DNA from: a virus
Taxonomy: Duplodnaviria; Caudoviricetes
IMG/VR virus record: IMGVR_UViG_3300027801_002518
Span: 1 to 52,188 of that record
Reading direction: 5' to 3' (one strand)
Length of the DNA: 52,188 nt
Every line of letters starts with the position of its first letter. Within the stretch, counting starts at the first letter, position 1. Shown piece after piece: positions 18,095-27,666 of the stretch. Below the pieces are notes generated by a model. It saw only the letters and a program-made list of their open reading frames with translations, was not told the DNA's origin and made no database searches. The position numbers and the translations under genes are program-made.

Positions 18095-19057
18095 ATGATT
18101 AGAACAGCAGAATGTGTATCTCCGATGCACCCAGACAAAATGTGTGATAGAATATCAGACACACTATTAGATTTACACCTACAACAAGACCCAACTTCAC
18201 GAGTAGCAATTGAAACTTGTGGTGGAATGGGAGAAGTTTACATTACAGGAGAAGTAACTTCAAATGCAGTAGTAACAAGAGAAAATATTGTAAAGGTAGT
18301 TCATGATATAACTACTGATGATACAATTAATGTTATCATTAATATTAATTCACAATCACCTGAGATTGCAAACGGAGTTGATACTGGTGGAGCAGGTGAC
18401 CAAGGAATTATGATTGGATATGCTTGTAATGAAAACGAACAATTTGTTCCACAAGAATATTATCTTTCTAGAGAATTAAATAAATTTGTATTTGAGAAAT
18501 ACCCATTTGATGGAAAAACTCAAGTAACTATGAATGGAAATTCATTAAGAGTAGTGTGTTCATTTCAAAAAGCACCAAGAGTAGAATTGGAAAAATTAGT
18601 AGCTGAATTCTTTAAACCATTTAAACAATATGCAATTGAGGCATTACATTGTAATCCAGCAGGAGATTGGAACATCGGTGGATTTACCGCAGATGCTGGT
18701 TTGACTGGTAGAAAATTAGCAGTAGATAATTACGGTCCAAGAGTACCAATTGGTGGAGGAGCATTTAGTGGAAAGGATTCTACTAAGGTTGATAGAAGTG
18801 CTGCCTATATGTCAAGAAGAATTGCAGTTGATTTGTTAAAAGAAAATAACGCAGAAGAAGTGTTGGTTCATTTAGCATATGCAATTGGATACGACCAACC
18901 GTTACAGGCAACCGCTCTTATAGATGGAAATCATTCATTTATTAGAGGGTATGATTTATCACCAAATGGGATAATCAACTTCTTAGATTTGAGAAAACCA
19001 ATTTTCGCATCAACTGCCGGATTCGGACATATGGGGTGTGGATTTAATTGGAAATAA
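18095..19057 (+). CDS. metK: S-adenosylmethionine synthetase (compact form)
   Basis: HPDKMCDRISD, QSPEI, GAGDQG, DGKTQV, DAGLTGRK, GGGAFSGKD.TKVDRS. Confidence 0.96.
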   Translation: MIRTAECVSPMHPDKMCDRISDTLLDLHLQQDPTSRVAIETCGGMGEVYITGEVTSNAVVTRENIVKVVHDITTDDTINVIININSQSPEIANGVDTGGAGDQGIMIGYACNENEQFVPQEYYLSRELNKFVFEKYPFDGKTQVTMNGNSLRVVCSFQKAPRVELEKLVAEFFKPFKQYAIEALHCNPAGDWNIGGFTADAGLTGRKLAVDNYGPRVPIGGGAFSGKDSTKVDRSAAYMSRRIAVDLLKENNAEEVLVHLAYAIGYDQPLQATALIDGNHSFIRGYDLSPNGIINFLDLRKPIFASTAGFGHMGCGFNWK

Positions 19058-19073
19058 AATAAACACAAAAAGA

Positions 19074-19105
19074 TTTGGAAATGTAAATATATTTTCGTAT
19101 CTTTG
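19074..19105 (+). promoter_or_regulatory. Bacteroidetes-type sigma70 promoter (perfect consensus)
   Basis: TTTG (-33) ... TATCTTTG (-7, TAnnTTTG). Confidence 0.8.
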
Positions 19106-19124
19106 TATAACAAACATTTAAATA

Positions 19125-19463
19125 ATGAAAAAAAACTATTTAACAAAAACACTTTTATACTTCACCGCGTTTCAAAACGGAGATATTAATTCCTTAGAAG
19201 ATATGTATGCATCCAATGTTACTTTGTTGGATTGGGATAATAATATAAGTGGAAAACAAAATGTATTGGATCTTAATAAAGAATTATTTAAAGAAATATT
19301 CACCCTTAATGTAATATCATCCAAACAAGTAGGTAATCAAACCTTTAATGAAATTACAATAAAAATTGATATAAACAAATACACGACTGTATTAAATATT
19401 TTAGATGTGATTACATATAATGACCAATTTAGAATAGAAAATATAACAGCATATAAACGATAA
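19125..19463 (+). CDS. SnoaL/NTF2-like protein
   Basis: YFTAFQNGDINSLEDMYASNVTL.DW, G...V, I..ITAY. Confidence 0.75.
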   Translation: MKKNYLTKTLLYFTAFQNGDINSLEDMYASNVTLLDWDNNISGKQNVLDLNKELFKEIFTLNVISSKQVGNQTFNEITIKIDINKYTTVLNILDVITYNDQFRIENITAYKR

Positions 19464-19466
19464 ATT

Positions 19467-19937
19467 ATGAAAAAATATAAAGTAATATTATTATCAGGAG
19501 GATTTGACCCAGTTCATAAAGGACACATTGAATGTATTCAAAAAGCAAAAGAACTTGCAGATGAAGTTTGGATTGGATTAAATAACGATAGATGGTTGCG
19601 TGGTAAGAAAGGTAAATCGTTTATGAAAGAAGATGAACGAAAGTTTATCATGAGTTCTCTACGAGATGTTGATTACTCTTATGTAATGCATCCAAGAACT
19701 CATACCGATAAAACAGCAATTGATTTTATTGACCATTCACGATTGAAGTATATAAGGGAACATGGTGAGTTACCAAATGGTGTAATGGCATTTGGTAATG
19801 GAGGAGACAGAACAGAAACAACTACACCAGAAAATGATGTATGTAATTCATACGGAATAGATTCAGTATGGGGCTTGGGTGAAAAAGTACAATCATCATC
19901 TTGGTTATTAGAAAAATATTTAAATATAGCAGAATAA
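19467..19937 (+). CDS. cytidylyltransferase (TagD/RfaE-II family)
   Basis: SGGFDPVHKGH, NND, NGGDR, SSS. Confidence 0.9.
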   Translation: MKKYKVILLSGGFDPVHKGHIECIQKAKELADEVWIGLNNDRWLRGKKGKSFMKEDERKFIMSSLRDVDYSYVMHPRTHTDKTAIDFIDHSRLKYIREHGELPNGVMAFGNGGDRTETTTPENDVCNSYGIDSVWGLGEKVQSSSWLLEKYLNIAE

Positions 19938-20176
19938 TGAATATAGAAAAATTAATAAAAGAATACCCAAACAATTATGCATTGGGTGAGAAATTAAGAG
20001 AACTTTATCATGAAAGTAGAAAACAAGCTTCTTTACTAACTGAAAAAATGAAAGATTGTAAAATCTACGAATCACCAGATGGTGGTAAAACTGTTTATGT
20101 ACGTGGATGGGGAGAAGATATTTCAACAAGAAAATTACATACAAATCAATTAAATTTATTCGATGACATTAATTAA
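19937..20176 (+). CDS. hypothetical protein
   Basis: Start at ATG 19937 (TAATG coupling); YPNNYALGEKLR and IYESPDGGKTVY.R motifs recalled from T4-like phage small proteins. Confidence 0.7.
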   Translation: MNIEKLIKEYPNNYALGEKLRELYHESRKQASLLTEKMKDCKIYESPDGGKTVYVRGWGEDISTRKLHTNQLNLFDDIN

Positions 20177-20777
20177 AGACCCAACTAAACTTAGAACTCC
20201 TCTTTTACCGAAATCAATGTCTCAACAAGATATTGATGTTGTTTCTGATAAATTAACAAAAGAATTAACCAAACATGGTGGACTGGGATTATCTGCAAAC
20301 CAAATAGGATTAACAGATAGGGTGTGTTTAATCAATGTAAAAGACCCATTGGTATTAGTTAACCCCAGAGTTACCGAGGTATCAAAAGAAACCGTTGCTT
20401 ATGTTGAGCAATGTTTGTCATTGGAAAAGACAATGAAAAAACCAGTTAAAACCATAAGACATAAATCATTTACAGTAGAGTGTGATAACCTAGGTACGGT
20501 TATATTTTCAGCTGATTCTGATAAAGAGTGGAAAGATTCGAATGAGTTCTTCGCAGACGAGGGGTTATTAGAATGTGTTTGTGCTCAACATGAGATAGAC
20601 CATTTAAATGGAATTCTCATAACAGATACAATTAGAAGATATACTACAACAGTTATACGAGGAAGAAAATACGGGAGAAATGAAAGAGTAATGGTAAAGT
20701 TATCTGATGGTACTACTGAATTTATGAAGTACAAGAAGGCAGAAACATTAATTTCACAAGGAGCCGAAATCTTATAA
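20163..20777 (+). CDS. def: peptide deformylase
   Basis: GLGLSANQIG, EQCLS (EGCLS variant), QHEIDHLNG; C-terminal KYGRNE extension. Confidence 0.92.
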   Translation: MTLIKDPTKLRTPLLPKSMSQQDIDVVSDKLTKELTKHGGLGLSANQIGLTDRVCLINVKDPLVLVNPRVTEVSKETVAYVEQCLSLEKTMKKPVKTIRHKSFTVECDNLGTVIFSADSDKEWKDSNEFFADEGLLECVCAQHEIDHLNGILITDTIRRYTTTVIRGRKYGRNERVMVKLSDGTTEFMKYKKAETLISQGAEIL

Positions 20778-20788
20778 AAAACGATAAA

Positions 20789-21058
20789 ATGGCAAAACTT
20801 ATATTTAGATATACCGACGAAGATTACATTAGTGAGGTTAGAGAGGCAAAATCAGTAGAATTAGAAGTTCCTGGTGATATGGATATTCATGAATACAAAG
20901 TAGTATGTATTAGAATGGCAAAGGCCTTGGGTTATACTGAAAAAACAATCTCCAATGGATTTGGTGATTTGATTTACGGAGAAGATGATAAACATAACTT
21001 AAAAGACCTATTAGATGAACTTAACATCGGAAAAGATAATAAAACAACTAAGAAGTAA
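20789..21058 (+). CDS. hypothetical protein
   Basis: 89-aa ORF in operon context. Confidence 0.7.
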   Translation: MAKLIFRYTDEDYISEVREAKSVELEVPGDMDIHEYKVVCIRMAKALGYTEKTISNGFGDLIYGEDDKHNLKDLLDELNIGKDNKTTKK

Positions 21059-21308
21059 ATTACTTACACAAACTTTAATAACACAGACAATAATCGATTT
21101 ATTAATAGATAAGGGATTTTGTACTTCTTCTGAATTTGATAATAGTTTAAAAGAAACTATTGAAGATATGGAAGATAACGTTATAGAAAATGCTGATTTA
21201 ATGGATACCATCAGTAGTTTTTTAGAAGACAATTTTGATTCAAATGATGAATTGAAGGAGGATTCAGTTATGAAAGGAATATTCTACGGCCCAATTGGTG
21301 AAGCTTAA
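21015..21308 (+). CDS. acidic hypothetical protein
   Basis: 97-aa ORF. Confidence 0.65.
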   Translation: MNLTSEKIIKQLRSKLLTQTLITQTIIDLLIDKGFCTSSEFDNSLKETIEDMEDNVIENADLMDTISSFLEDNFDSNDELKEDSVMKGIFYGPIGEA

Positions 21309-21323
21309 AAATATAAGAAAAAG

Positions 21324-21355
21324 CTTGTTTATATGAATTAATTTTCGTATATTAG
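21324..21355 (+). promoter_or_regulatory. Bacteroidetes-type sigma70 promoter
   Basis: CTTG...TTTCGTATATTAG. Confidence 0.65.
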
Positions 21356-21385
21356 TAGAATAGTTTAATCAAAAGGAGAGACTAC

Positions 21386-22006
21386 ATGAGAAAACCAATA
21401 ATATTTTCGGTGATAATAACATTATTATCATTCGGAGTAATTGATTCGGCAGCATTAAAGGATACCGAAAAAGAATCTAATGAAATAGATTTAGTTGATA
21501 TACTTAAGGAACAGGAAATAGAAAGACAATGTTTAATTGAGAATATAAGACTACAAGAAATATATCACGCAGAAGAACTTAATAACTTTTTAACTGATAT
21601 TGGACATAGAGAAAGTGGTAACAGATATGATATCACAAACAAATGGGGTTACATGGGTAAATACCAATTTGGAAAATCAACTCTAAAAGGATTAGGATAC
21701 AAAGTAACTAAAAAAGAATTCTTATCTAACCCACAACTTCAAGAAGAAGCAATGATGGCTTTATTATTACACAACAAAGAAAAATTACAAAAGTACATTG
21801 ATGTATTCGATGGGCAAACCATTAATGGTATGTTAATTACTGAAAGTGGAATATTGGCTGCAGCACATCTTGGAGGACAAGGTTCTGTAAAACGATACTT
21901 TAAACATGGAAAAGTTTTTAGAGATGGGTATGGAACAAAAATAACATCGTACATGAAGAAATTCAGCGGATACGATATACAATTAAAAAATAAATTAACA
22001 TCATGA
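21386..22006 (+). CDS. secreted lysozyme-like/transglycosylase (possible endolysin)
   Basis: Signal peptide, catalytic RESG, GKYQF, LAAAHLGG. Confidence 0.8.
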   Translation: MRKPIIFSVIITLLSFGVIDSAALKDTEKESNEIDLVDILKEQEIERQCLIENIRLQEIYHAEELNNFLTDIGHRESGNRYDITNKWGYMGKYQFGKSTLKGLGYKVTKKEFLSNPQLQEEAMMALLLHNKEKLQKYIDVFDGQTINGMLITESGILAAAHLGGQGSVKRYFKHGKVFRDGYGTKITSYMKKFSGYDIQLKNKLTS

Positions 22007-22281
22007 TAGAATTTTTATCAAATACAACTAATATCATAATCTTGGTATCGGGGTTACTTAATCTTATTTTGTTAATAGGTGTAAGAAACTTATTAAAACA
22101 AAGTGAACAATTGGAAGATAGACTCATTTCCTCAGTCGATGAAATTAGAGGACGTATTGAAAATACACTTACATCAATGAGAGATATTGATAATAGAGAA
22201 GTATTTGAAAAGGATGATGAAGTAGGGGCCACCTTTGCAGAACTTAAAAAACTAATCGAAGACCTTAACAGCGAAATATAA
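22003..22281 (+). CDS. TM-anchored coiled-coil protein
   Basis: N-terminal TM, coiled coil, FEKDDEVG. Confidence 0.7.
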   Translation: MIEFLSNTTNIIILVSGLLNLILLIGVRNLLKQSEQLEDRLISSVDEIRGRIENTLTSMRDIDNREVFEKDDEVGATFAELKKLIEDLNSEI

Positions 22282-22285
22282 AAAT

Positions 22286-23065
22286 ATGCCAAGACCAAGA
22301 AAAAAGAAATCCAAAATATACTTCGGCTCACCAGCACAAGAAGCAATTGTTGAATATAATGGGTCTACCGATTCAGTACTTCGTTCAAAAATATACGAAG
22401 AGAGAATAAAATATCCATTCGAAAAACTGGCTGAGAATGTTTTAAATACATTTAAGTTTTCATATTTTGATGTATCTAAAAAAGATATTCAAACTGAAGT
22501 AGTTTCTACTATGGTAGAAAAAATACATATGTTTCAACCTGGAAAGGGAAGAGCATTTTCTTATTTTACTATTATAGCAAAGAACCATTTAATTCTAAAA
22601 AACAATGGTAACTATAAAAGATGGAAACAAAATTCTCTATTATCGGCAATGCCAGAAACATGGAATCCTGAAAATGATTTTAATGAAACAGAAGAAAATA
22701 GTGAGTTTAAAGAATTTAAACAAATAATGTTAAAGTATTGGGATTTAAATTTAAATTCTGTCTTTATCAAGAAACGAGATTTACAAATAGCAGATGCTAT
22801 ATTAGAATTATTTCGTAGAAGTGAGTATATAGAAAACTTTAATAAGAAACATCTATATCTTCTTATAAGAGAAATGACAGATTGTAAGACTCATTATATT
22901 ACCAAAGTTGTAAATGTAATGAAGAAGCATCAAAAGAAAATGTTGAATGATTACCTTGAGTATGGTGAATTCAGAGAACCAAGAAAAAAAGATTTCTGGT
23001 CAAGTAAAGAAGAGGATACTAAGGATGTGGAAGAAAATCCATATATAGATAATGATTATTTATAA
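22286..23065 (+). CDS. late-transcription sigma factor (T4 gp55-like)
   Basis: Sigma region-2-like pattern KLAENV...FSYF..DIQTEVV...F.PGKGRAFSYFTIIAKN, comparable to gp55 F(D)P....PFAYFTQI. Confidence 0.7.
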   Translation: MPRPRKKKSKIYFGSPAQEAIVEYNGSTDSVLRSKIYEERIKYPFEKLAENVLNTFKFSYFDVSKKDIQTEVVSTMVEKIHMFQPGKGRAFSYFTIIAKNHLILKNNGNYKRWKQNSLLSAMPETWNPENDFNETEENSEFKEFKQIMLKYWDLNLNSVFIKKRDLQIADAILELFRRSEYIENFNKKHLYLLIREMTDCKTHYITKVVNVMKKHQKKMLNDYLEYGEFREPRKKDFWSSKEEDTKDVEENPYIDNDYL

Positions 23066-23076
23066 TAAAAGATTAT

Positions 23077-24786
23077 ATGGTAAGTGGTTATATTTTAGGA
23101 ATAAGTTGTGGATATCACGATTCTGCTGCTTCTTTAATTAAAGATGGTAAAGTATTGGGTGCGTGTGAAGAAGAAAGATTCACAGGAATAAAACATGATT
23201 CTTCGTTTCCAATAAACACTATTAATTGGTTAGTTGAGGAATTCAAAATTACACCCAATGATTTAGATGCAGTTTGTTTTTATGAAAATCCAAAATTAAA
23301 ATTAGATAGAATTGAAACTTCTACAAAAAAAGGAGGATGGAAAAACTTCTTTAGTAGATTGAAAATAATATCTAAAAATAAGAAAGTATATAAAGATACA
23401 ATATCTCAACTAGAAAGTTTACGAGGAAGTAAAACACAATTAATTTATTGTGATCATCACTTATCTCATTTAGCATATTCATATTACACCTCTCCATTTA
23501 AAGAATCTGCTTTACTATCAGTTGATGGTGTGGGGGAATGGGAAACTACTTCACTTGCAATTGCAGATACTGAAATTAAAAAAATAGGTTCTATTAAGTT
23601 TCCACATTCTTTGGGAATGTTATATTCTACAATGACTGCATTTCTTGGATTCAAACCAAACGAAGGTGAATACAAAGTAATGGGATTGTCTCCGTATGGG
23701 GATGCATCTAAACATATAAAAAAATTCAAAGAACTATATATCACTACTAAAGATGGTGGGTTTGAATTGAATATGGAATACTTTACATATGAGTGGTCAA
23801 CAAATAGTATGTTTAACAAAAAGTTATCAGAATTATTTGAACTACCAAATAGATTACCAGAGGAAACGTTAGAACAGATACATAAAGATATCGCAGCATC
23901 TCTTCAACAAATTTATGAATTCTTATTCTTTAGATTACTCACAACATTATATAATCAAACCAAATCTGAAAACTTATGTTTAAGTGGAGGTTGTGCATAT
24001 AATGGTACGGCAAATGGTAAAATATTAAAAAGAACTAAGTTTAAGAATTTATACATTCCACCAGCCCCATCAGATGCGGGTTCGGCTATAGGATGTGCAT
24101 TACACTATTTTTACAGTAAAAACAAAATTACAAATAGAGTGAATAACTCAAACCCATATTTAGGTCCAAGCTATACTAACGATGATATAGTATCTGCCTT
24201 AACTAAATACGAAAAAGATGTTTGGTATTCTAAAAAACTATATGAACAAATAACTGACATAGTTGCAAATGAAATTGTAGATGGAAATGTTATTGGGTGG
24301 TTTGAGGGCAGAATGGAATTTGGTGCACGTGCATTGGGTAATCGTTCTATATTAGCAAACCCAAGAGACCCTCAAATGAAATCTCGTTTGAATAGGGTTA
24401 TTAAAAAAAGAGAAGGATTCAGACCATTTGCACCAATTGTAAAAGAAGAATATGCATCCCGTTATTTTGAATATAGTGATACGATTCCATATATGAATCA
24501 AGTTGTTAAAGTAAAAGAATCTTACAAAGATGAATTACCTGCAATAACTCATGTTGATAATTCTGCAAGAATACAAACTCTAAATAAAGGACAACAAAAA
24601 CACATATATGAATTACTTAGTGTACTTGAAATACTAAATGAATATCCAATTGTTATTAATACATCGTTTAATTTAAAAGACCAAACAATGGTATTAACTC
24701 CTGAGGATGCTATTAAAACTTTTCTTAATTGTGAAATGGATACGTTGATACTTCATAATTACGTTATAAAAAAGAAAATAATTTAA
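23077..24786 (+). CDS. carbamoyltransferase (NodU/CmcH/TobZ family)
   Basis: HDSAA, EEERF..IKH, HHLSH, DGVGE, EYKVMGL, GGCAYN, DAGSAIG, EFGARALGNRS, FRPFAP, NTSFN. Confidence 0.95.
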   Translation: MVSGYILGISCGYHDSAASLIKDGKVLGACEEERFTGIKHDSSFPINTINWLVEEFKITPNDLDAVCFYENPKLKLDRIETSTKKGGWKNFFSRLKIISKNKKVYKDTISQLESLRGSKTQLIYCDHHLSHLAYSYYTSPFKESALLSVDGVGEWETTSLAIADTEIKKIGSIKFPHSLGMLYSTMTAFLGFKPNEGEYKVMGLSPYGDASKHIKKFKELYITTKDGGFELNMEYFTYEWSTNSMFNKKLSELFELPNRLPEETLEQIHKDIAASLQQIYEFLFFRLLTTLYNQTKSENLCLSGGCAYNGTANGKILKRTKFKNLYIPPAPSDAGSAIGCALHYFYSKNKITNRVNNSNPYLGPSYTNDDIVSALTKYEKDVWYSKKLYEQITDIVANEIVDGNVIGWFEGRMEFGARALGNRSILANPRDPQMKSRLNRVIKKREGFRPFAPIVKEEYASRYFEYSDTIPYMNQVVKVKESYKDELPAITHVDNSARIQTLNKGQQKHIYELLSVLEILNEYPIVINTSFNLKDQTMVLTPEDAIKTFLNCEMDTLILHNYVIKKKII

Positions 24787-24893
24787 AGTTTTCCTTAACC
24801 ATAATATACTTATATTCAGATAGAGGATACTAATAAAAGTTAGAAATACCTCAGAAAATCTCTAATCGTATAACAAAGTGGTTAGTACAAAAC

Positions 24894-24917
24894 ACCCTAC
24901 TTTCCGTAGGGTTTTTT
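24894..24917 (+). terminator. intrinsic terminator
   Basis: ACCCTAC-tttcc-GTAGGGT followed by a T run. Confidence 0.8.
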
Positions 24918-24918
24918 A

Positions 24919-24955
24919 TTTCACACCCAACACACATCTTACATTGGGTGTGAAA
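24919..24955. repeat. perfect 12-bp inverted repeat
   Basis: TTTCACACCCAA - 13 nt - TTGGGTGTGAAA. Confidence 0.85.
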
Positions 24956-25066
24956 ATGAAATTCATTCTTTTTTATAATATATATCATAGTTATTGTAGA
25001 CATGTCCGTTGTTTTGTATAAGGAAGAGGTTATATTTTTTTAACCAAAGCAAAGGAGAATAAAAAT

Positions 25067-25303
25067 ATGGAATTTCTAAATAAAATGGGTGATTGGGCAA
25101 AATCACTAACAGAGATTGGTATTAGTATCATTGCACTTGGAGTAGTATTAGAAGTATTATTTAAAGGTGCAGAGATTCCTTTTTGGCCTGAAGTATCAGT
25201 AGTGGATAACATTATGGGTATTATCGGTTCATTAAGTAACGAAGGACTACTTGGATTAGTAGGTGCCGGAGTTTTATACCACATCCTAAAAAAGAAGGTG
25301 TAA
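25067..25303 (+). CDS. small two-TM membrane protein
   Basis: AAAGGAG RBS, two hydrophobic helices, basic C-terminus, own terminator. Confidence 0.8.
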   Translation: MEFLNKMGDWAKSLTEIGISIIALGVVLEVLFKGAEIPFWPEVSVVDNIMGIIGSLSNEGLLGLVGAGVLYHILKKKV

Positions 25304-25335
25304 TACATACCTAAGACAAATGTACATTAAGGAAA

Positions 25336-25363
25336 GCCTCTCAGTAAAATGAGAGGTTTTTTT
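25336..25363 (+). terminator. intrinsic terminator
   Basis: GCCTCTCA-gtaaaa-TGAGAGGT followed by a T run. Confidence 0.85.
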
Positions 25364-25371
25364 GTTTACTA

Positions 25372-25379
25372 TATTTATA
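25372..25379 (+). promoter_or_regulatory. putative phage late promoter TATTTATA
   Basis: Directly after the terminator, ahead of the structural module. Confidence 0.65.
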
Positions 25380-25401
25380 TACAAGATAATATGGTAAAAT
25401 C

Positions 25402-25815
25402 ATGAGTACACAATTTGAATTATTTCCAGGAAAAAATCTGGGTGATTTGTTTAAGGATATCTACGATAATCAACAAACTAAGAAACTTAGAATATCAGAA
25501 TTGATTGCTGAGATGAGAAAGCTAGTTCGTCATTCTGGTGATATGATAGCAATGGGCCCAATTATAAGAGACTTAATCGATTCCGCTGTTAAGAACGATG
25601 ATGCACTTATTAAGATGGCTGCAATTGCACAAAGAATTATGGGAGCCTCTCAGACGAACGAAGGAGATATGGGATTCCTTTCCGATAGTGAAAAAGAACA
25701 ACTACTAAAACAACTTGATGAAACAATATTAGAAGTAACCGATGGACATGATATCAAAGTTGATGAACTTACATATGAAGTAGAAGAACTAAAACAAAAA
25801 GTAAATAATGAGTAG
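25402..25815 (+). CDS. helical hypothetical protein (possibly terminase small subunit-like)
   Basis: All-alpha, at the head of a late operon; function is a guess. Confidence 0.6.
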   Translation: MSTQFELFPGKNLGDLFKDIYDNQQTKKLRISELIAEMRKLVRHSGDMIAMGPIIRDLIDSAVKNDDALIKMAAIAQRIMGASQTNEGDMGFLSDSEKEQLLKQLDETILEVTDGHDIKVDELTYEVEELKQKVNNE

Positions 25816-27043
25816 ATTATCACAATCATCTTCTATTGGTGGCCGCACACAAAGACAACCATCACCGGTTCTAATTGGAATCGTTCTTGATGTTGTCACT
25901 AATGATGAGCACCCAATCATAAAAGATTCAGGTATTTCAGATACAGAAAATGACACAAGATTTGTTAACAAAATAGGTACTGCTAAACTTAGGAGAATAG
26001 ATGATGTTACATCATCTCCTGATGAACTTCGATATTACCAACCGTATGATTATTCTATATTAGATTTACCTATAATTGGTGAGACTGTTCAAATAATTAA
26101 TATTGGAAATGGATCATCTGTTTATCGAAGGATAACAAATTCAAATGTAAATTCTGGTAACTTACTAGATGGTATTGATAAACTTAATAACCCCAATTCA
26201 GATAAACCAGATGATGGAGGATCTTCTGATTATAGAGAAACGTCACAAACAGGCACTCCCAATTCTTCCGATCCTGATTCAGAGTCTATCGAAAATGAAT
26301 ATTTTGAATCTACACAAATAAATCCATTAAACTTCTACGAGGGAGATAAAATACTACAATCTCGTTTTGGACAATCAATAAGATTTAGTGGATATAATAA
26401 TATTGATAATGTTTTAGCTCCAACGATTGTAATACGAAATAGACAAGGAAATAAATCATTGGAAGAACTAAAAGATGGTACACCAACATATGAAAATATT
26501 GTCGATGATGGTTCTACTATTGTATTATCAAGTGGAGACCATTTATTAGAATTCACTCCTGGTCAGATTGATACTCCAATGGAAACCACTCCAATATATG
26601 CAGAAGAACCAGAATTGAAAGGAACTGACCAAGTTCTTATTAATAGTGGTAGAATTATTTTATCTTCTAAAGATTCTGAAATGTTATTTTACTCTAAAGG
26701 AAACTATTCATTTATATCAGATGGTAAATTAACAATTGATAATGGCTTAGATGGGGCAGATATGGATTTCAATGGAGATGTAATGATTACTACCAATGAT
26801 AATAATTTTACTATACTTGGTGGAGTTGGAGAAATCTATTTAAATACAGATTCAGTTGATGAGCCACTTGCAAGAGGACAAACGTTAATTGATATTCTTG
26901 CCGAACTATGTGAAGCTATAAATAAACAAATATTCTCAACACCTGCAGGCCCAACACCTCCAGGCCCAAACAACCGAGGTGATTTCACTAAAATTAAATC
27001 AAAATTAGATACGATATTATCAACACTTAATTACACAGAATAA
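25808..27043 (+). CDS. baseplate hub/spike protein (gp5/VgrG-like OB fold plus beta repeats)
   Basis: LPIIGETV OB-fold motif, EGDKILQSRFGQSIRF, QVLINSGRIIL, C-terminal TPAGPT; no lysozyme domain seen. Confidence 0.7.
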   Translation: MSRLSQSSSIGGRTQRQPSPVLIGIVLDVVTNDEHPIIKDSGISDTENDTRFVNKIGTAKLRRIDDVTSSPDELRYYQPYDYSILDLPIIGETVQIINIGNGSSVYRRITNSNVNSGNLLDGIDKLNNPNSDKPDDGGSSDYRETSQTGTPNSSDPDSESIENEYFESTQINPLNFYEGDKILQSRFGQSIRFSGYNNIDNVLAPTIVIRNRQGNKSLEELKDGTPTYENIVDDGSTIVLSSGDHLLEFTPGQIDTPMETTPIYAEEPELKGTDQVLINSGRIILSSKDSEMLFYSKGNYSFISDGKLTIDNGLDGADMDFNGDVMITTNDNNFTILGGVGEIYLNTDSVDEPLARGQTLIDILAELCEAINKQIFSTPAGPTPPGPNNRGDFTKIKSKLDTILSTLNYTE

Positions 27044-27046
27044 ATT

Positions 27047-27607
27047 ATGTCCTTTTCAGTCTTTAAACAAAGTATGTTGGCTTATATGGAAAATCCAGCT
27101 AGCATTCAAGATTCTAAAGAATTTGCAAAGAAACTTACAACAGAATATGATCAGTGTGTTCGTAGGGGATATCAAACAATTAATAACATTCCTATACAAA
27201 AACCAAACGTTGAATTGATGGAGACTCTTGTTAACCTCGCATGTCAGATATCATTGACTAAACAAAGTGGATTACATACTTTTGCAGATGACATCGGTAA
27301 AGGTGTTTTGGGATACTGGACAGGAGCAACGTTAACGATAGGAATTCCACCAATCATACCAGCACCAGGTTCTATAGCTAACATATCAACAACTGCTGCT
27401 ATTGTATCTGTTCCTGGAACATGGACTCCACTCGGCCCATTAAATCCAACCGATGATTGTGGACTCTTTCTTGACAAATTGATATCAGGATTACAAATCC
27501 ATTTAACAACTATTCAAGGAATCTATATGACCATATCATCATACCCAGCTGCTCCAATATTTATTGCACCTGGCGTTCTTACATGGACGGGATTTACAAT
27601 ACCATAG
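27047..27607 (+). CDS. putative baseplate-associated structural protein
   Basis: Pro/Gly-rich, located between gp5-like and gp25-like genes. Confidence 0.55.
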   Translation: MSFSVFKQSMLAYMENPASIQDSKEFAKKLTTEYDQCVRRGYQTINNIPIQKPNVELMETLVNLACQISLTKQSGLHTFADDIGKGVLGYWTGATLTIGIPPIIPAPGSIANISTTAAIVSVPGTWTPLGPLNPTDDCGLFLDKLISGLQIHLTTIQGIYMTISSYPAAPIFIAPGVLTWTGFTIP

Positions 27608-27637
27608 CTATTTAGAACCATAAAATTAACAAAGATA

Positions 27638-27645
27638 TATTTATA
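27638..27645 (+). promoter_or_regulatory. putative phage late promoter TATTTATA
   Basis: Upstream of 27667. Confidence 0.6.
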
Positions 27646-27666
27646 TTAAGATAACAAGAAGTAGAA

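Noticed and set aside
25067-25303. Calling the two-TM protein a holin
   Set aside because: Topology is compatible, but it is monocistronic, 3 kb from the lysozyme-like gene, and has no family motif I recognise
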